DNA from: Desulfobulbus propionicus DSM 2032 | Lineage (GTDB): Bacteria > Desulfobacterota > Desulfobulbia > Desulfobulbales > Desulfobulbaceae | DNA length: 32,000 bases | NCBI RefSeq assembly: GCF_000186885.1 | Contig: NC_014972.1 | Span: 1,020,001 to 1,052,000, forward strand | Reading direction: 5' to 3' | Shown here: positions 1 through 11,290 of the stretch, one piece after another | How the letters are laid out: each line of letters opens with the position of its first letter | Position numbering within the stretch: position 1 is the first letter of the stretch | Notes under the pieces: model-generated | Databases searched by the model: none | Seen by the model: only the letters and a program-made list of their open reading frames with translations | Told to the model about the DNA's origin: nothing | Position numbers and translations under genes: made by a program

Positions 1-1128
1 GGTCGGGTCGATCAGCCGTTCCTCGACCAGCAGCTCGAACAGCTCGGTCTTGGCCTTGCCCGGGCCGGCGCCCGGCTGGAGTTCGATCCCCTTTTGCTTG
101 GCCAGCGCCATCACCGCCGTGTCGTCCTCGAGTACCGCCGGATCGAGGCCGCCGATCTGCACCAGGGATTCCTCCATGGTCAGCCGCCGCCAGGGCGGGG
201 CCAGGTTGACCGGTGTGCCCTGATAGCTGATGTCCATGGAGCCGGTGACCTCATGGGCCAGCCACGAAACCATCTCCTCGGTCAGGTCCATCAGGTCGTG
301 GTAGGTGGCGTAGGCCTGATAGAATTCGAGCATGGTGAATTCCGGGTTGTGGCGGGTCGAGAGTCCCTCGTTGCGGAAGTTGCGGTTGATCTCGAACACC
401 TTCTCGAAGCCGCCCACCAAGAGCCGTTTGAGGTAGAGTTCCGGGGCGATGCGCAGGTAGAGATCCATGTCAAGCGCGTTGTGGTGGGTGCGGAAGGGCT
501 TGGCCGTGGCGCCGCCGGGCACCGGCTGCATCATCGGGGTTTCCACCTCCATGTAGCCGCGGTTGTTGAGAAATTCGCGGATCAGCCGGATGATCTCCAC
601 CCGCTTCTTGAACACCTCGCGCGCCTCGGGATTGACGATCAGATCGAGATAGCGCTGGCGGTAACGGGTCTCGACATCGGTCAGGCCGTGGAACTTCTCC
701 GGCAGCGGCCGCAGCGACTTGGTGATCATCTGCAGGGTGGTGGCCTCCAGCGACAGCTCGCCGGTCTTGGTCTTGAACAGCCGTCCCTCGACGCCGACAA
801 TGTCGCCCACATCCCATTTTTTAAAGAGATCGTAGACCTCCTCGCCCAGCAGGTCGCGGCGGGCATAGATCTGGAGGCGTTCGCTGGCGTCCTGGAGGTG
901 AAAGAAGGCCGCCTTGCCGAACTTGCGCATCGACATCACCCGGCCGGCCACCCGGTAGCTGTGGCCCGAGTCGTCGTGACATTCGGGTGCGAGGTGTTCG
1001 CCCTGGGGCAGGATGTCGATGATGGGATCAGGGGCCTTGAAGGTATTGCTGAACAGCTTGACGCCGGATTGGGCCAGGGATTCGGCCTTTTCCCGCCGCT
1101 GTTTGAGAAGGTTGCTCGTTGTTTCCAT
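1..1128 (-). CDS. lysS: Lysine--tRNA ligase (class II LysRS), N-terminal 376 codons; the 3' end runs off the left edge of the window
   Basis: Absent from the ORF track because it has no stop in the window. My reverse-strand translation starts at ATG 1128..1126 and is in frame to position 1. It reads [26 protein letters not shown]...[23 protein letters not shown] (OB-fold anticodon-binding region)...[15 protein letters not shown]...[16 protein letters not shown]...[30 protein letters not shown]...[12 protein letters not shown]. The + strand ORF 94..1182 is its antisense shadow. Confidence 0.95.
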   Translation of the reverse strand, partial: METTSNLLKQRREKAESLAQSGVKLFSNTFKAPDPIIDILPQGEHLAPECHDDSGHSYRVAGRVMSMRKFGKAAFFHLQDASERLQIYARRDLLGEEVYDLFKKWDVGDIVGVEGRLFKTKTGELSLEATTLQMITKSLRPLPEKFHGLTDVETRYRQRYLDLIVNPEAREVFKKRVEIIRLIREFLNNRGYMEVETPMMQPVPGGATAKPFRTHHNALDMDLYLRIAPELYLKRLLVGGFEKVFEINRNFRNEGLSTRHNPEFTMLEFYQAYATYHDLMDLTEEMVSWLAHEVTGSMDISYQGTPVNLAPPWRRLTMEESLVQIGGLDPAVLEDDTAVMALAKQKGIELQPGAGPGKAKTELFELLVEERLIDPT

Positions 1129-1261
1129 GATCTGTGTGCGAGAAGAGTTGTGGTATGCGCCAACCCCGCGGGCGGAGGTTGAAAAGAGGCCCTGGGGCAC
1201 GGAAGGAAGACGCTGGAGGTCCCAAATGGACGGGTCAAAATAGTTCGCGTCCGCGTTGATG

Positions 1262-2566
1262 TCAATTCCTTTCAAGGAGGGCGACGGTTTCGATGTGATG
1301 GGTCTGGGGGAACATGTCCACCGGGGTGACCTGAACGATGCGGTAGCCATTCTGGACGATCAGCGCCAGGTCGCGGGCCAGGGTGGCCGGATCGCAGGAG
1401 ATGGACAGGATATGCTGCGGGCCAAGCCGGGCGAGTAGCGCCGCGGTCTTGCCCAATCCCTGGCGAGGCGGATCGAGCAGGACGCAATCGAAGCGGGCCT
1501 TGCGCGCCACCAGGCTGCGCAGTGCCTGGCCGACATCGGCGCTGCGGAAGCGGGCCGTGGTCAGCCCCGCGGCACGGCTGTTGTGTTCCGCCCAATGAAC
1601 GCTCGTCCGGTTGTGCTCGACTCCGCTCACCTGCGTGCCCATGAGGCCAAGCGGAATGGAAAAATTGCCCATGCCGCAGAACAGGTCGAGGGCGGCACGA
1701 GGTGGCGGTGACAGGGGCAGCAGGCCCAGGGCGAGCTCGATCAAGCGTGGATTCTGGCGGACGTTGACCTGGAAAAAACACCGGTGATCCCAACACAGCC
1801 GATAGGCATGGCCAAGGACCGCGAAATCCTGGCACAGGTCGGCGGCGCGCGCGCGATCCCCCGACCGGCCGATGGGCTCCGCCTGCACGATCGTGTTGTC
1901 GGCCAGGCGGTTGAGTGCGGTGACCAGGTCGGCAGCCGAGTCGGGGCGCAACGCCGCCGTGGCCTGCAGGACAAGGATCACCCGGTCGTCGGCCGGACTG
2001 TGGATCAGCTCCACGGCGCTGACCAGCTCCCGGAGCCGCGCCGGCCAGCCCGCATCGACCAGGGCGCCGATCGCCCGGTTGATCGGTTCGGTGGCCAGCA
2101 GGCAGCGGCGGATCGGAACCACCTCGTTGCTCCCGCCCTGATGGAAGCCAAGCCGGCCGACCTGGTCGAGGTGGAGCCGCAGCCGATGGCGGTACCCAAA
2201 GGGCTGGGGCGAGGACAAAGCGGGACCGGGGTGATCCGGCGGCAGATCAAGCCGGGATCGCCGCAGGGCCTCGTCCAGGATCGAGCGCTTGATCGCCAGC
2301 TGGGTGGGGTAGCTGCCGTGCTGGAGGTCGCAGCCGCCGCACAGGCCGTAGTGAGGGCAGGGGGGGAGAATGCGCTCGGGCGCAGGCTCTTCAACCCGGA
2401 CCAGGCTGGCCTCCTTGTAGCCCCGATGGATTCGGGTCTCTCGTACCGTCACCCTTTCCCCCGGCAACACCCCGGCGACCATCACCTTCATGCCGTCGGC
2501 CAGGGTGCCCAGACCCTTGCCGCCTGCTATCACCTTTGGTATTGTCAGCGTATGTTCCATGGGCAC
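1262..2566 (-). CDS. rlmD: 23S rRNA (uracil-C5)-methyltransferase, RumA/RlmD family (TRAM domain, Fe-S Cys cluster, class I SAM methyltransferase)
   Basis: 434-aa ORF with an N-terminal TRAM-like segment (GKGLGTLADGMKVMVAGVLPGERVTV). The motif CPHYGLCGGCDLQH matches the RumA CPHFGVCGGC-type 4Fe-4S motif. The C-terminal SAM-MTase core has LDLFCGMGNFSIPL and LLDPPRQG. Start could be GTG 2566 or ATG 2560. The symbol is a family-level guess. Confidence 0.8.
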   Translation of the reverse strand: MPMEHTLTIPKVIAGGKGLGTLADGMKVMVAGVLPGERVTVRETRIHRGYKEASLVRVEEPAPERILPPCPHYGLCGGCDLQHGSYPTQLAIKRSILDEALRRSRLDLPPDHPGPALSSPQPFGYRHRLRLHLDQVGRLGFHQGGSNEVVPIRRCLLATEPINRAIGALVDAGWPARLRELVSAVELIHSPADDRVILVLQATAALRPDSAADLVTALNRLADNTIVQAEPIGRSGDRARAADLCQDFAVLGHAYRLCWDHRCFFQVNVRQNPRLIELALGLLPLSPPPRAALDLFCGMGNFSIPLGLMGTQVSGVEHNRTSVHWAEHNSRAAGLTTARFRSADVGQALRSLVARKARFDCVLLDPPRQGLGKTAALLARLGPQHILSISCDPATLARDLALIVQNGYRIVQVTPVDMFPQTHHIETVALLERN

Positions 2567-2649
2567 CGTGGAGCAGCTTGATTCTGCTGATTTTTATTTG
2601 TGTTCATGATCGATTGATAATCCAGCAACCGGGAAAAGGGTGAGCGCGC

Positions 2650-4002
2650 GTGGGGGCACAGGCCAAAGCAAAAATTCTGGTGGTGGACGATGAACGGGTG
2701 CACCGTTTCATGCTCCATTCCTTGTTCGCCGAATGGGGGTGGGACGCCGAGGAGGCGGACGATGGGTCCACCGCCGTGGCCGCGGTCGAGCGGGGGCCCT
2801 TTGACGCCATCCTCATGGACGTGCGCATGACCACCATGGACGGCATGGAGGCCCTGAAGCGAATCCATGCCCTCAATCCGGCCATTCCGGTGATCATCAT
2901 GACCGCCTTCTCCTCGGTCGATTCGGCCGTGGCGGCGATCAAGCAGGGCGCGCACGATTATCTGACCAAGCCGCTCGATTTCGATCGGCTGCGCACCACC
3001 CTGGAGGTGGCCATGGGCCATCGCCAGCGGGAAAGCCAGACCATGGCCGTGGGGCAGCCTTTCGGCGATGATGGCCGGATCATCGGCACATCGGCACCGA
3101 TGCAGGAGCTGTGGGAAATGATCGTCCACGTGGCGCCCACCGAGGCCACGGTGTTGATCAACGGTGAATCGGGCACCGGCAAGGAACTGGTCGCCTCGGC
3201 CCTGCACCATACCAGTCTGCGCAGCAAGGGACCGTTCGTGAAGGTCAACTGCGCCGCCCTGGCCGAAACCCTGCTCGAATCCGAACTGTTCGGCCACGAA
3301 CGCGGCGCCTTCACCGGTGCCGACCGCCGCCGCGAGGGCCGTTTTGTCCAAGCCCAGGGCGGCACGCTCTTTCTCGACGAAATCGGCGAAACCTCGCCCG
3401 GCATGCAGGCCAAGTTGCTGCGTGTGCTCCAGGAACACGAACTGCAGCGGGTCGGCGGCCAGGAAACGATCAAGGTCGATGTGCGCATCCTCTGCGCCAC
3501 CAACCGCGACCTGGAGGAAGAGGTGGCGGCTGGCCGCTTCCGCGAGGACCTCTACTACCGCCTCAACGTGGTCGAGCTGTGGGTGCCCCCCCTGCGCGAG
3601 CGCCACGGCGACATTCCCCTGCTGGCCAATTATTTCCTCCAAAGCTTTGCCGACAAGAACGGCCGCATGGTCAGCGGCATCACCCCGGAGTGCATGGATG
3701 TGCTCAACCGCTATCCCTGGCCGGGCAACGTGCGCGAGTTGGAGCATTCGATCGAGCGCGGCGTGATCCTGATGCGCGGCGACTATCTCGATCTCGCGGC
3801 CCTGCCGCTGGCCATTCAACGCTGGGCCGGACTGAACGCCCCCAAGGAGGTGGAGGAGCCTGCGACCCTCAAGGAGGCCGAACGAATGCTCATCCTCAAG
3901 ACCCTGGAAGAGACCGGCGGCAACCGCAGCGAGGCAGCCCGCCGTCTGCAGATAACCCGCAAGACGCTCTTGAACAAGCTAAAAAGTTATAATATAAGCT
4001 GA
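2650..4002 (+). CDS. Sigma54-dependent response regulator / enhancer-binding protein (NtrC/AtoC/ZraR family)
   Basis: Receiver domain (ILVVDDE...ILMDVRMTTMDG...LTKP). AAA+ sigma54-activator core with Walker A GESGTGKE, the GAFTGA loop and Walker B LFLDEIG. C-terminal Fis-type HTH (GNRSEAARRLQITRKTLLNKLK). No histidine kinase gene is adjacent. Confidence 0.92.
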   Translation: MGAQAKAKILVVDDERVHRFMLHSLFAEWGWDAEEADDGSTAVAAVERGPFDAILMDVRMTTMDGMEALKRIHALNPAIPVIIMTAFSSVDSAVAAIKQGAHDYLTKPLDFDRLRTTLEVAMGHRQRESQTMAVGQPFGDDGRIIGTSAPMQELWEMIVHVAPTEATVLINGESGTGKELVASALHHTSLRSKGPFVKVNCAALAETLLESELFGHERGAFTGADRRREGRFVQAQGGTLFLDEIGETSPGMQAKLLRVLQEHELQRVGGQETIKVDVRILCATNRDLEEEVAAGRFREDLYYRLNVVELWVPPLRERHGDIPLLANYFLQSFADKNGRMVSGITPECMDVLNRYPWPGNVRELEHSIERGVILMRGDYLDLAALPLAIQRWAGLNAPKEVEEPATLKEAERMLILKTLEETGGNRSEAARRLQITRKTLLNKLKSYNIS

Positions 4003-4130
4003 GGCGGAAAAAATCGTGTGATTGCAAGCGGCCCAGGCCAACCGTGTGCCCCTTGCGTCCCGGCGGCCCGAGGCGTCTTGCCCCTCTTTCGCCGATGCCA
4101 TCCCTTTAACCGGCGTGACCCCCGATTTCA

Positions 4131-6797
4131 ATGCAACACTGCGCACCCCTGCTGGAAGCCGCCTATGCCGCCAGCCGATTTCTTTTGCACGAGCGCGATT
4201 TGGCCAATCTTCTCCAGGGCCTCTGCGACCGGTTGACCGCCGAAGGGGTCAGCAGTGCCGCCTTGCTGGTGCTGCTCGATCGCGATTCCGGTGGGGTTAT
4301 CACCGCCGAGACGGGGCTGGGCGAACGGTTTGCTCCGCTTCTGGACCGTCTCCGTCAGGGACAGTTGCCGGACTGCGGTCTGCGGGCCCTGCAGGCGGCG
4401 AACGGGCAAGCGGTGGTGTGTAAATCCTGCACCTGCGAGCTCGACTGCGGTTCGTCCGCCGGCGGCGCCACGCTGGCGTTGTCGGCCGCCATCCGCTGCA
4501 CCCCCAGCCTTTCCGGATTTCTCACCCTGCAGCTGACCTCCGCTGTTCCGCCGACCACGGTTGAATGCCGGATCGTGGCCGATCTGACCGATTCAATCAG
4601 TCTGGCCTTGCGCCAGCTGTTCGCCGACGAGGCCGCCAGGCAGCGGGAACAGGAGCTGAAACGAATCGAGGAGCGCTACGAGTTGGCCCTGCACGCCTCC
4701 CAGGCGGGTCTGTGGGACTGGAACATCCGCACCGGCGAGATGTATACCAGCCCCGATCATTGGGAACTGCTCGACTACCAGTCGAGCAAGGACGATGGCG
4801 TCCAGCCGCAGCGCTTTATTCATCCCGAGGATCGGGACCGGGTGCTTGCCGTACTCAACGAGCATCTTACCGGCAAGACCGAGGAGTATCGGATCGAATA
4901 CCGGGTTCAGGAAAAAGACGGCGAGTGGACCTGGTTTCTCGATCGCGGCCGGGTGGTGGAGCGGGACGACAACAACATGCCGGTGCGCATGACCGGCACC
5001 CATCAGAACATCACCCTGCAAAAACACCAGGATCAGGCCATCGCCCTGGTCCAGCAGCAATTGCACGACGCGGTCAATCACGAACGCAACTTTCTGCAAA
5101 CGGTGATTGACAGTGCCGGCGATCCGGTCATGGTGGTCGATCTGAACCATACCCTGTTGCTGATCAATCAGGCGGCGGCGCGATTGGTCCGTGACGGCGG
5201 CAGCATCGAATCGCTGCGCGGGCAGAAGTGTTACCGCCTGTTTTGCGGGATGGAAACGCCGTGCCAAGACCTTCGCTATCCCTGTCCGGTGGAACAGGTC
5301 AAGAGCAACGGACAGCCGGCCAAGCTGATCCACAACCCCTATCACGGCAACGGCGTCAACAACACCTTCGAACTGGAGGCATCGCCGCTCCGGGACGGTC
5401 AGGGCAAGCTGTACGGGATCATCGAGGTGGCCCGCGACATCACCGACCGTCTGCGGATCGAAAAGGAACTGCGGGAGAGCCAGTCACATCTGTACCGGCT
5501 GGCCCACCACGATCCCCTCACCGGGCTGCCCAACCGGCTTCTGTTCCGCGACCGTTTTGCCCAGGCGATCAGCAAGGCGGAGCGCAACCGGAGCGGGGTG
5601 GCGGTTCTGTTTCTCGATCTTGACCGGTTCAAGAGCATCAACGACACCTTGGGTCACGATGTCGGCGACGCCCTGCTGGTGGAGGTGGCCGCCCGTCTGC
5701 AGCGCCAATGCCGCCAGTCGGATACAGTGGCCCGGCTGGGCGGCGACGAGTTTGTCTTCATCCTCGAAGCCATCCATGATCGCAAGGATGCGTCGGTGGT
5801 GGCCGACAAGATCATGGCCGCCCTCGGCGTTCCGGTCCTGGCCAAGGGCCATGAACTCACCATTACCACCAGCATCGGTATCGCGCTTTTTCCTTTGGAC
5901 GGCGCCACCATGGAAGAGGTGATCAAATGTGCCGACCTGGCCTTGTATGCCGCCAAGGAGATCGGCCGTAGCAACTATCAGTTTTACCGCAAGGGCATGC
6001 CCCCCAACGGCGGGCGGCCGCGGTTGAGCGGCCAGCAGTTCCGCCGGGCCATGGCCAACGGCGAGCTGCGTCTTGAGTATGGGCCCCGCTACGATCTGCA
6101 CAGCGGCCGATTGACGGGGCTGCGGGTCTTGCCGCGCTGGCATCATCCGGCCATGGGAGTGCTTTTGCCCCACGACTTTGTGCCGGCCGCCGAGGAGTGC
6201 GGCGTGTTGGATCTGCTGAACGAATGGCTGCTCGGCGAGGTTTGCGCCCCTCTACAGGCCTGGGGGGAGCTGGGATACCCGTGCCCGCCGATGACCATTC
6301 CGCTCGGCTCACGGCAACTGTTGGAAAGCGGTTTCCTCGCCGCCCTGGATCGGATGCTGCGGCAGGGCAGGGTAACGCCGGCGATGCTGGTGATCGAGGT
6401 TCGCGAACCAGCCGTGACCGAGGCCACCGCCCGGATGATCGAGTGTCTCGGGCGGCTCGGCCGGCTTGGGCTGGGCTGCGCGGTCAGTGATTTCGGGGCC
6501 GACCGGACTTCGCTGGCTCGCCTGCAGAGGCTGCCGCTGGGCAGCCTGACCATCAGCGATGCCGTATTGGCCGATGTGCCGGCCAACCCGGATAGCTGCA
6601 TCTTGACCTCAGCCATCATCAACCTCGGTCATTCCCTGGGGATGCGGGTGGTTGGCAACGGGATCGATCGCCAGTCGCAGCACGATTTCCTGCGCCGGCA
6701 TGGCTGCGATCAGGCCCAGGGACCGTTCCTGTCGCCCCCCCTACGGGCGGAAGAGGTGCCTTCTCTGCTGGCGACGGCCGCGCAAATGGGCGGTTGA
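4131..6797 (+). CDS. Multidomain c-di-GMP signalling protein: Cys-rich GAF-like N-terminal sensor, two PAS domains, GGDEF diguanylate cyclase, degenerate EAL domain
   Basis: 888-aa ORF. PAS 1 includes YELALHASQAGLWDWNIRTGEMY. PAS 2 carries KCYRLFCGMETPCQDLRYPCP. The GGDEF domain has LTGLPNR...DLDRFKSINDTLGHDVGD...RLGGDEFVF, with an RQSD I-site 5 residues upstream of GGDEF. The EAL-like C-terminus has RVLPRW in place of EALxRW. Confidence 0.9.
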   Translation: MQHCAPLLEAAYAASRFLLHERDLANLLQGLCDRLTAEGVSSAALLVLLDRDSGGVITAETGLGERFAPLLDRLRQGQLPDCGLRALQAANGQAVVCKSCTCELDCGSSAGGATLALSAAIRCTPSLSGFLTLQLTSAVPPTTVECRIVADLTDSISLALRQLFADEAARQREQELKRIEERYELALHASQAGLWDWNIRTGEMYTSPDHWELLDYQSSKDDGVQPQRFIHPEDRDRVLAVLNEHLTGKTEEYRIEYRVQEKDGEWTWFLDRGRVVERDDNNMPVRMTGTHQNITLQKHQDQAIALVQQQLHDAVNHERNFLQTVIDSAGDPVMVVDLNHTLLLINQAAARLVRDGGSIESLRGQKCYRLFCGMETPCQDLRYPCPVEQVKSNGQPAKLIHNPYHGNGVNNTFELEASPLRDGQGKLYGIIEVARDITDRLRIEKELRESQSHLYRLAHHDPLTGLPNRLLFRDRFAQAISKAERNRSGVAVLFLDLDRFKSINDTLGHDVGDALLVEVAARLQRQCRQSDTVARLGGDEFVFILEAIHDRKDASVVADKIMAALGVPVLAKGHELTITTSIGIALFPLDGATMEEVIKCADLALYAAKEIGRSNYQFYRKGMPPNGGRPRLSGQQFRRAMANGELRLEYGPRYDLHSGRLTGLRVLPRWHHPAMGVLLPHDFVPAAEECGVLDLLNEWLLGEVCAPLQAWGELGYPCPPMTIPLGSRQLLESGFLAALDRMLRQGRVTPAMLVIEVREPAVTEATARMIECLGRLGRLGLGCAVSDFGADRTSLARLQRLPLGSLTISDAVLADVPANPDSCILTSAIINLGHSLGMRVVGNGIDRQSQHDFLRRHGCDQAQGPFLSPPLRAEEVPSLLATAAQMGG

Positions 6798-6859
6798 CGC
6801 TTTTTCACCCCTGTGGTAATACGCCTGCTTGTTTTTTCGCAGAAAGACGGGCGTATCTT

Positions 6860-6900
6860 GGCCGAAGAGAGGTCGGCCCGGGTACGGAGGTCTTTTTTTT
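6860..6900 (+). terminator. Possible terminator region after the GGDEF-EAL gene
   Basis: GC-rich hairpin GGCCGA-agagagg-TCGGCC (6860..6878), then a T8 run at 6893..6900. The hairpin and T-run are 14 nt apart, so the geometry is imperfect. Confidence 0.3.
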
Positions 6901-6939
6901 CTTCTGAGAGCATCATCGTTACCCTACTGAATCATTGCA

Positions 6940-8274
6940 ATGCGTACGGATATTTTGCACATCGGCGCGGGGGAGCTCAACTACGAGATCCGTAACATCG
7001 TCTGCGTCGGCGAGAAACTGCAGAAACTGGGTGTCCAGGTCAACTGGGAAAATATCGGCGACCCCATCGCCAAGGGCGAGCAGGTGCCGGACTGGATGAA
7101 GGAGATCGTGGCCGAGGCGGTGCGCGAGGACACCTCCTATGCCTACAGCCCGACCAAAGGCCTACTGTCGGCCAGGGAATACGTGGCCGCCTGCACTAAC
7201 CGCATGGGCGGAGTGCAGATCGATGCCGACGACGTCATCTTCTTCAACGGCCTGGGCGACGCCATTTCCAAGGTGTTCGGTTTCCTCAAGCCCACCGCCC
7301 GGGTGATCGTGCCCACCCCGAGCTACACCACCCATTCCTCGGCCGAGGCCGCCCATGCCAGCGACCAGCCGGTGACCTATATCCTTGATCCCAACCATCT
7401 CTGGTATCCGGATCTGGAGGATATCGAAAACCACATCAAGTACAACCCGGCGGTGGCCGGCATCCTGGTGATCAACCCGGACAACCCCACCGGCGCGGTC
7501 TATCCGGCGGACGTGATGCGGGCCATTGTCGAGATCTGCGAGAAGAACGACCTGTTCATCATCTGCGACGAGATCTACCAGAACATGACCTACAACGGCA
7601 CGGTGTCGGCGCCGCTGTGCACGGTGATCGGCGACAAGGTGCCGGCCATCTGCATGCGCGGCATCTCCAAGGAAATGCCCTGGCCGGGCAGCCGCTGCGG
7701 TTGGATCGAGGTCTATAACCGCCATCGCGACCCGATGTTCGCCACCTACGTGCAGTCGATTCTCAACGCCAAGATGCTTGAGGTCTGCTCGACCACCCTG
7801 CCGCAGACGGTGCTGCCGCGGATCAAGGAGCATCCGATGTATCCGGTTCACCTCAAGAACCGGATCAAGCGCTACGAGCGCTATTCCAATATCGCCTACG
7901 ACATTCTCAAGAATGTCAAGGGGTTGCTGGTTAATCGCACCAACGGCGCCTTCTACATGAGCGCGGTATTCGAGGAGGGGTTGCTCAACCACCACCAGAC
8001 CCTGCCGATCGGGAACGACGAGGTGCGGGAAACCATCGAACGGCTGGTTTCCGGGCCCAACATCCAGCCGGACAAACGTTTTGTCTATTATCTGCTCGCT
8101 TCCACCGGCATCTGCGTGGTGCCGCTCTCCTCGTTTGCCACCGATCTGCAAGGATTCCGCATCACCCTGCTGGAGAAGGAAGAGGAAGATTTTGTTCAGA
8201 TATTCAAAACGATAGCCAACAGCATCAAACGCTACATCAATTCCTCCCTGGAGTGTTGCCCCCGTTGCAACTAG
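6940..8274 (+). CDS. PLP-dependent aminotransferase, class I/II (alanine/aspartate aminotransferase-like)
   Basis: 444-aa ORF with fold-type I aminotransferase landmarks: YSPTKGLLSAREYVA, INPDNPTG, CDEIYQNM and the PLP-lysine motif SKEMPWPGSRCGW. It has an unusual extreme C-terminal tail, LECCPRCN. Substrate is not determinable. Confidence 0.85.
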   Translation: MRTDILHIGAGELNYEIRNIVCVGEKLQKLGVQVNWENIGDPIAKGEQVPDWMKEIVAEAVREDTSYAYSPTKGLLSAREYVAACTNRMGGVQIDADDVIFFNGLGDAISKVFGFLKPTARVIVPTPSYTTHSSAEAAHASDQPVTYILDPNHLWYPDLEDIENHIKYNPAVAGILVINPDNPTGAVYPADVMRAIVEICEKNDLFIICDEIYQNMTYNGTVSAPLCTVIGDKVPAICMRGISKEMPWPGSRCGWIEVYNRHRDPMFATYVQSILNAKMLEVCSTTLPQTVLPRIKEHPMYPVHLKNRIKRYERYSNIAYDILKNVKGLLVNRTNGAFYMSAVFEEGLLNHHQTLPIGNDEVRETIERLVSGPNIQPDKRFVYYLLASTGICVVPLSSFATDLQGFRITLLEKEEEDFVQIFKTIANSIKRYINSSLECCPRCN

Positions 8275-8297
8275 GGACAGCCCACATCGCCTCTCCA

Positions 8298-8332
8298 CCC
8301 CTGGCGCCCCTAGCGGCGGCAGGGGTTTTTTT
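8298..8332 (+). terminator. Rho-independent terminator after the aminotransferase gene
   Basis: CCCCTGgCGCC-cctagc-GGCGgCAGGGG hairpin followed by T7 (8326..8332), 24 nt after the stop codon. Confidence 0.8.
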
Positions 8333-8411
8333 ATGGCTGTCATCCTGTTTCCTTTTGTTTTTTCTCGAATTTTTCCGCCGCTCTTCTCCCGTTATTCCCC
8401 CTTTCCCTCCC

Positions 8412-8440
8412 TTGACACTGGATTTTCCCATACTTATTGT
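8412..8440 (+). promoter_or_regulatory. Sigma70-type promoter candidate for grpE-dnaK
   Basis: TTGACA (8412..8417), 17-nt spacer, TATTGT (8435..8440), about 100 nt upstream of the grpE GTG. No CIRCE (TTAGCACTC-N9-GAGTGCTAA) element is seen. Confidence 0.45.
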
Positions 8441-8542
8441 TCGCACCAGATTTGACCGGCCCGAATTGGAGAAATTGCCGGATTCCGGGCGTGAAAAAGA
8501 GGATTTGCGTACAACAGGGAACTTGAGACAAGGAGAGCGTAG

Positions 8543-9133
8543 GTGATAGACGAGACAAAGGAACAGGGACCTGTCGGTGAACAGCAGACTACAGAAGCTC
8601 CCGCGGACCTGAGCGATGTGGAGACTATTACAGGGGAGGACAGTACCCCGGAGTCCGAGGCGGAGACCCTGCAGCGGCAACTGGACGAAAGCCGCGATCA
8701 GCTGATGCGGATTGCCGCCGAATTCGAGAACTACAAAAAACGGATGGAGCGGGAACGGGGCAAGCTGCTCAAGTACGCCGGCGAAAATATTCTTCGCGAC
8801 CTGTTGACCACCTTGGATAACCTTGATCGCGCTGTCGAGCAGGGCAATGCCGAGGCCGAGGACGACAGCAAGAAACTGGAGGCCATGCTCCAAGGAATCG
8901 AGTTGACCCGAAAGGGGCTGGTGGCCACGATGGAACGCTATGGCGTGGAACCGTTGGCCGCCATTGGTTTGAGCTTCAACCCGGACGAGCACGACGCCCT
9001 GACCATGGAGGCCAGCGACGAGGTACCGGCCAACCATGTGCTGCGTGAATTCGCCAAAGGCTACCGTTTCAAGGATCGGGTGTTACGCCATGCCCAGGTG
9101 GTCGTGTCCAGCGGACCGGGAAAAGCGGCTTGA
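8543..9133 (+). CDS. grpE: Nucleotide exchange factor GrpE
   Basis: 196-aa ORF with a GTG start preceded by AAGGAGAG. It has an acidic N-terminus, then RIAAEFENYKKRMERE...LLTTLDNLDRA...GYRFKDRVLRHAQVVVS, the typical GrpE layout. It lies directly upstream of dnaK. Confidence 0.93.
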   Translation: MIDETKEQGPVGEQQTTEAPADLSDVETITGEDSTPESEAETLQRQLDESRDQLMRIAAEFENYKKRMERERGKLLKYAGENILRDLLTTLDNLDRAVEQGNAEAEDDSKKLEAMLQGIELTRKGLVATMERYGVEPLAAIGLSFNPDEHDALTMEASDEVPANHVLREFAKGYRFKDRVLRHAQVVVSSGPGKAA

Positions 9134-9230
9134 CAACCCGTGGATCGGTCGCACAGTAAAAAAAAGAATTGAACAATTGTTCCGGCTTGGAAGCCGATTC
9201 TAATGACAGGAGAGACAGGAGATTGGAATT

Positions 9231-11156
<1,926 letters not shown>

Positions 11157-11196
11157 TCGGGTCTGCCCCGCTCAACGCGGGAATGGTTGCAGTTTT

Positions 11197-11230
11197 GGGA
11201 GTACGGGATTTCCGTGCTCCCATTTTTTTT
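11197..11230 (+). terminator. Rho-independent terminator after dnaK
   Basis: GGGAGTACGG-gattt-CCGTGCTCCC (one G-U pair) followed by aT8 (T-run 11223..11230). Confidence 0.85.
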
Positions 11231-11290
11231 GCATTTGCGCTATAACGGCTCCGTTTGCCCCCTTTTCCCTTTATCGAACAAGAGAGACCC

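Noticed and set aside
94-1182. 362-aa + strand ORF covering most of the first kilobase
   Set aside because: It is the antisense shadow of lysS. The minus strand translates into an unmistakable class II lysyl-tRNA synthetase, while the + strand product is a low-complexity, Arg/Gly/His-rich sequence typical of GC-rich antisense frames.
8409-8438. Sigma32 heat-shock promoter upstream of grpE (CCCTTGACA ... TCCCATACT)
   Set aside because: Both half-sites resemble the CTTGAAA and CCCCATNT consensus. The spacer is only about 9-10 nt, against about 13-15 nt in characterised sigma32 promoters such as E. coli dnaK P1. The same TTGACA fits a sigma70 promoter with a 17-nt spacer better.
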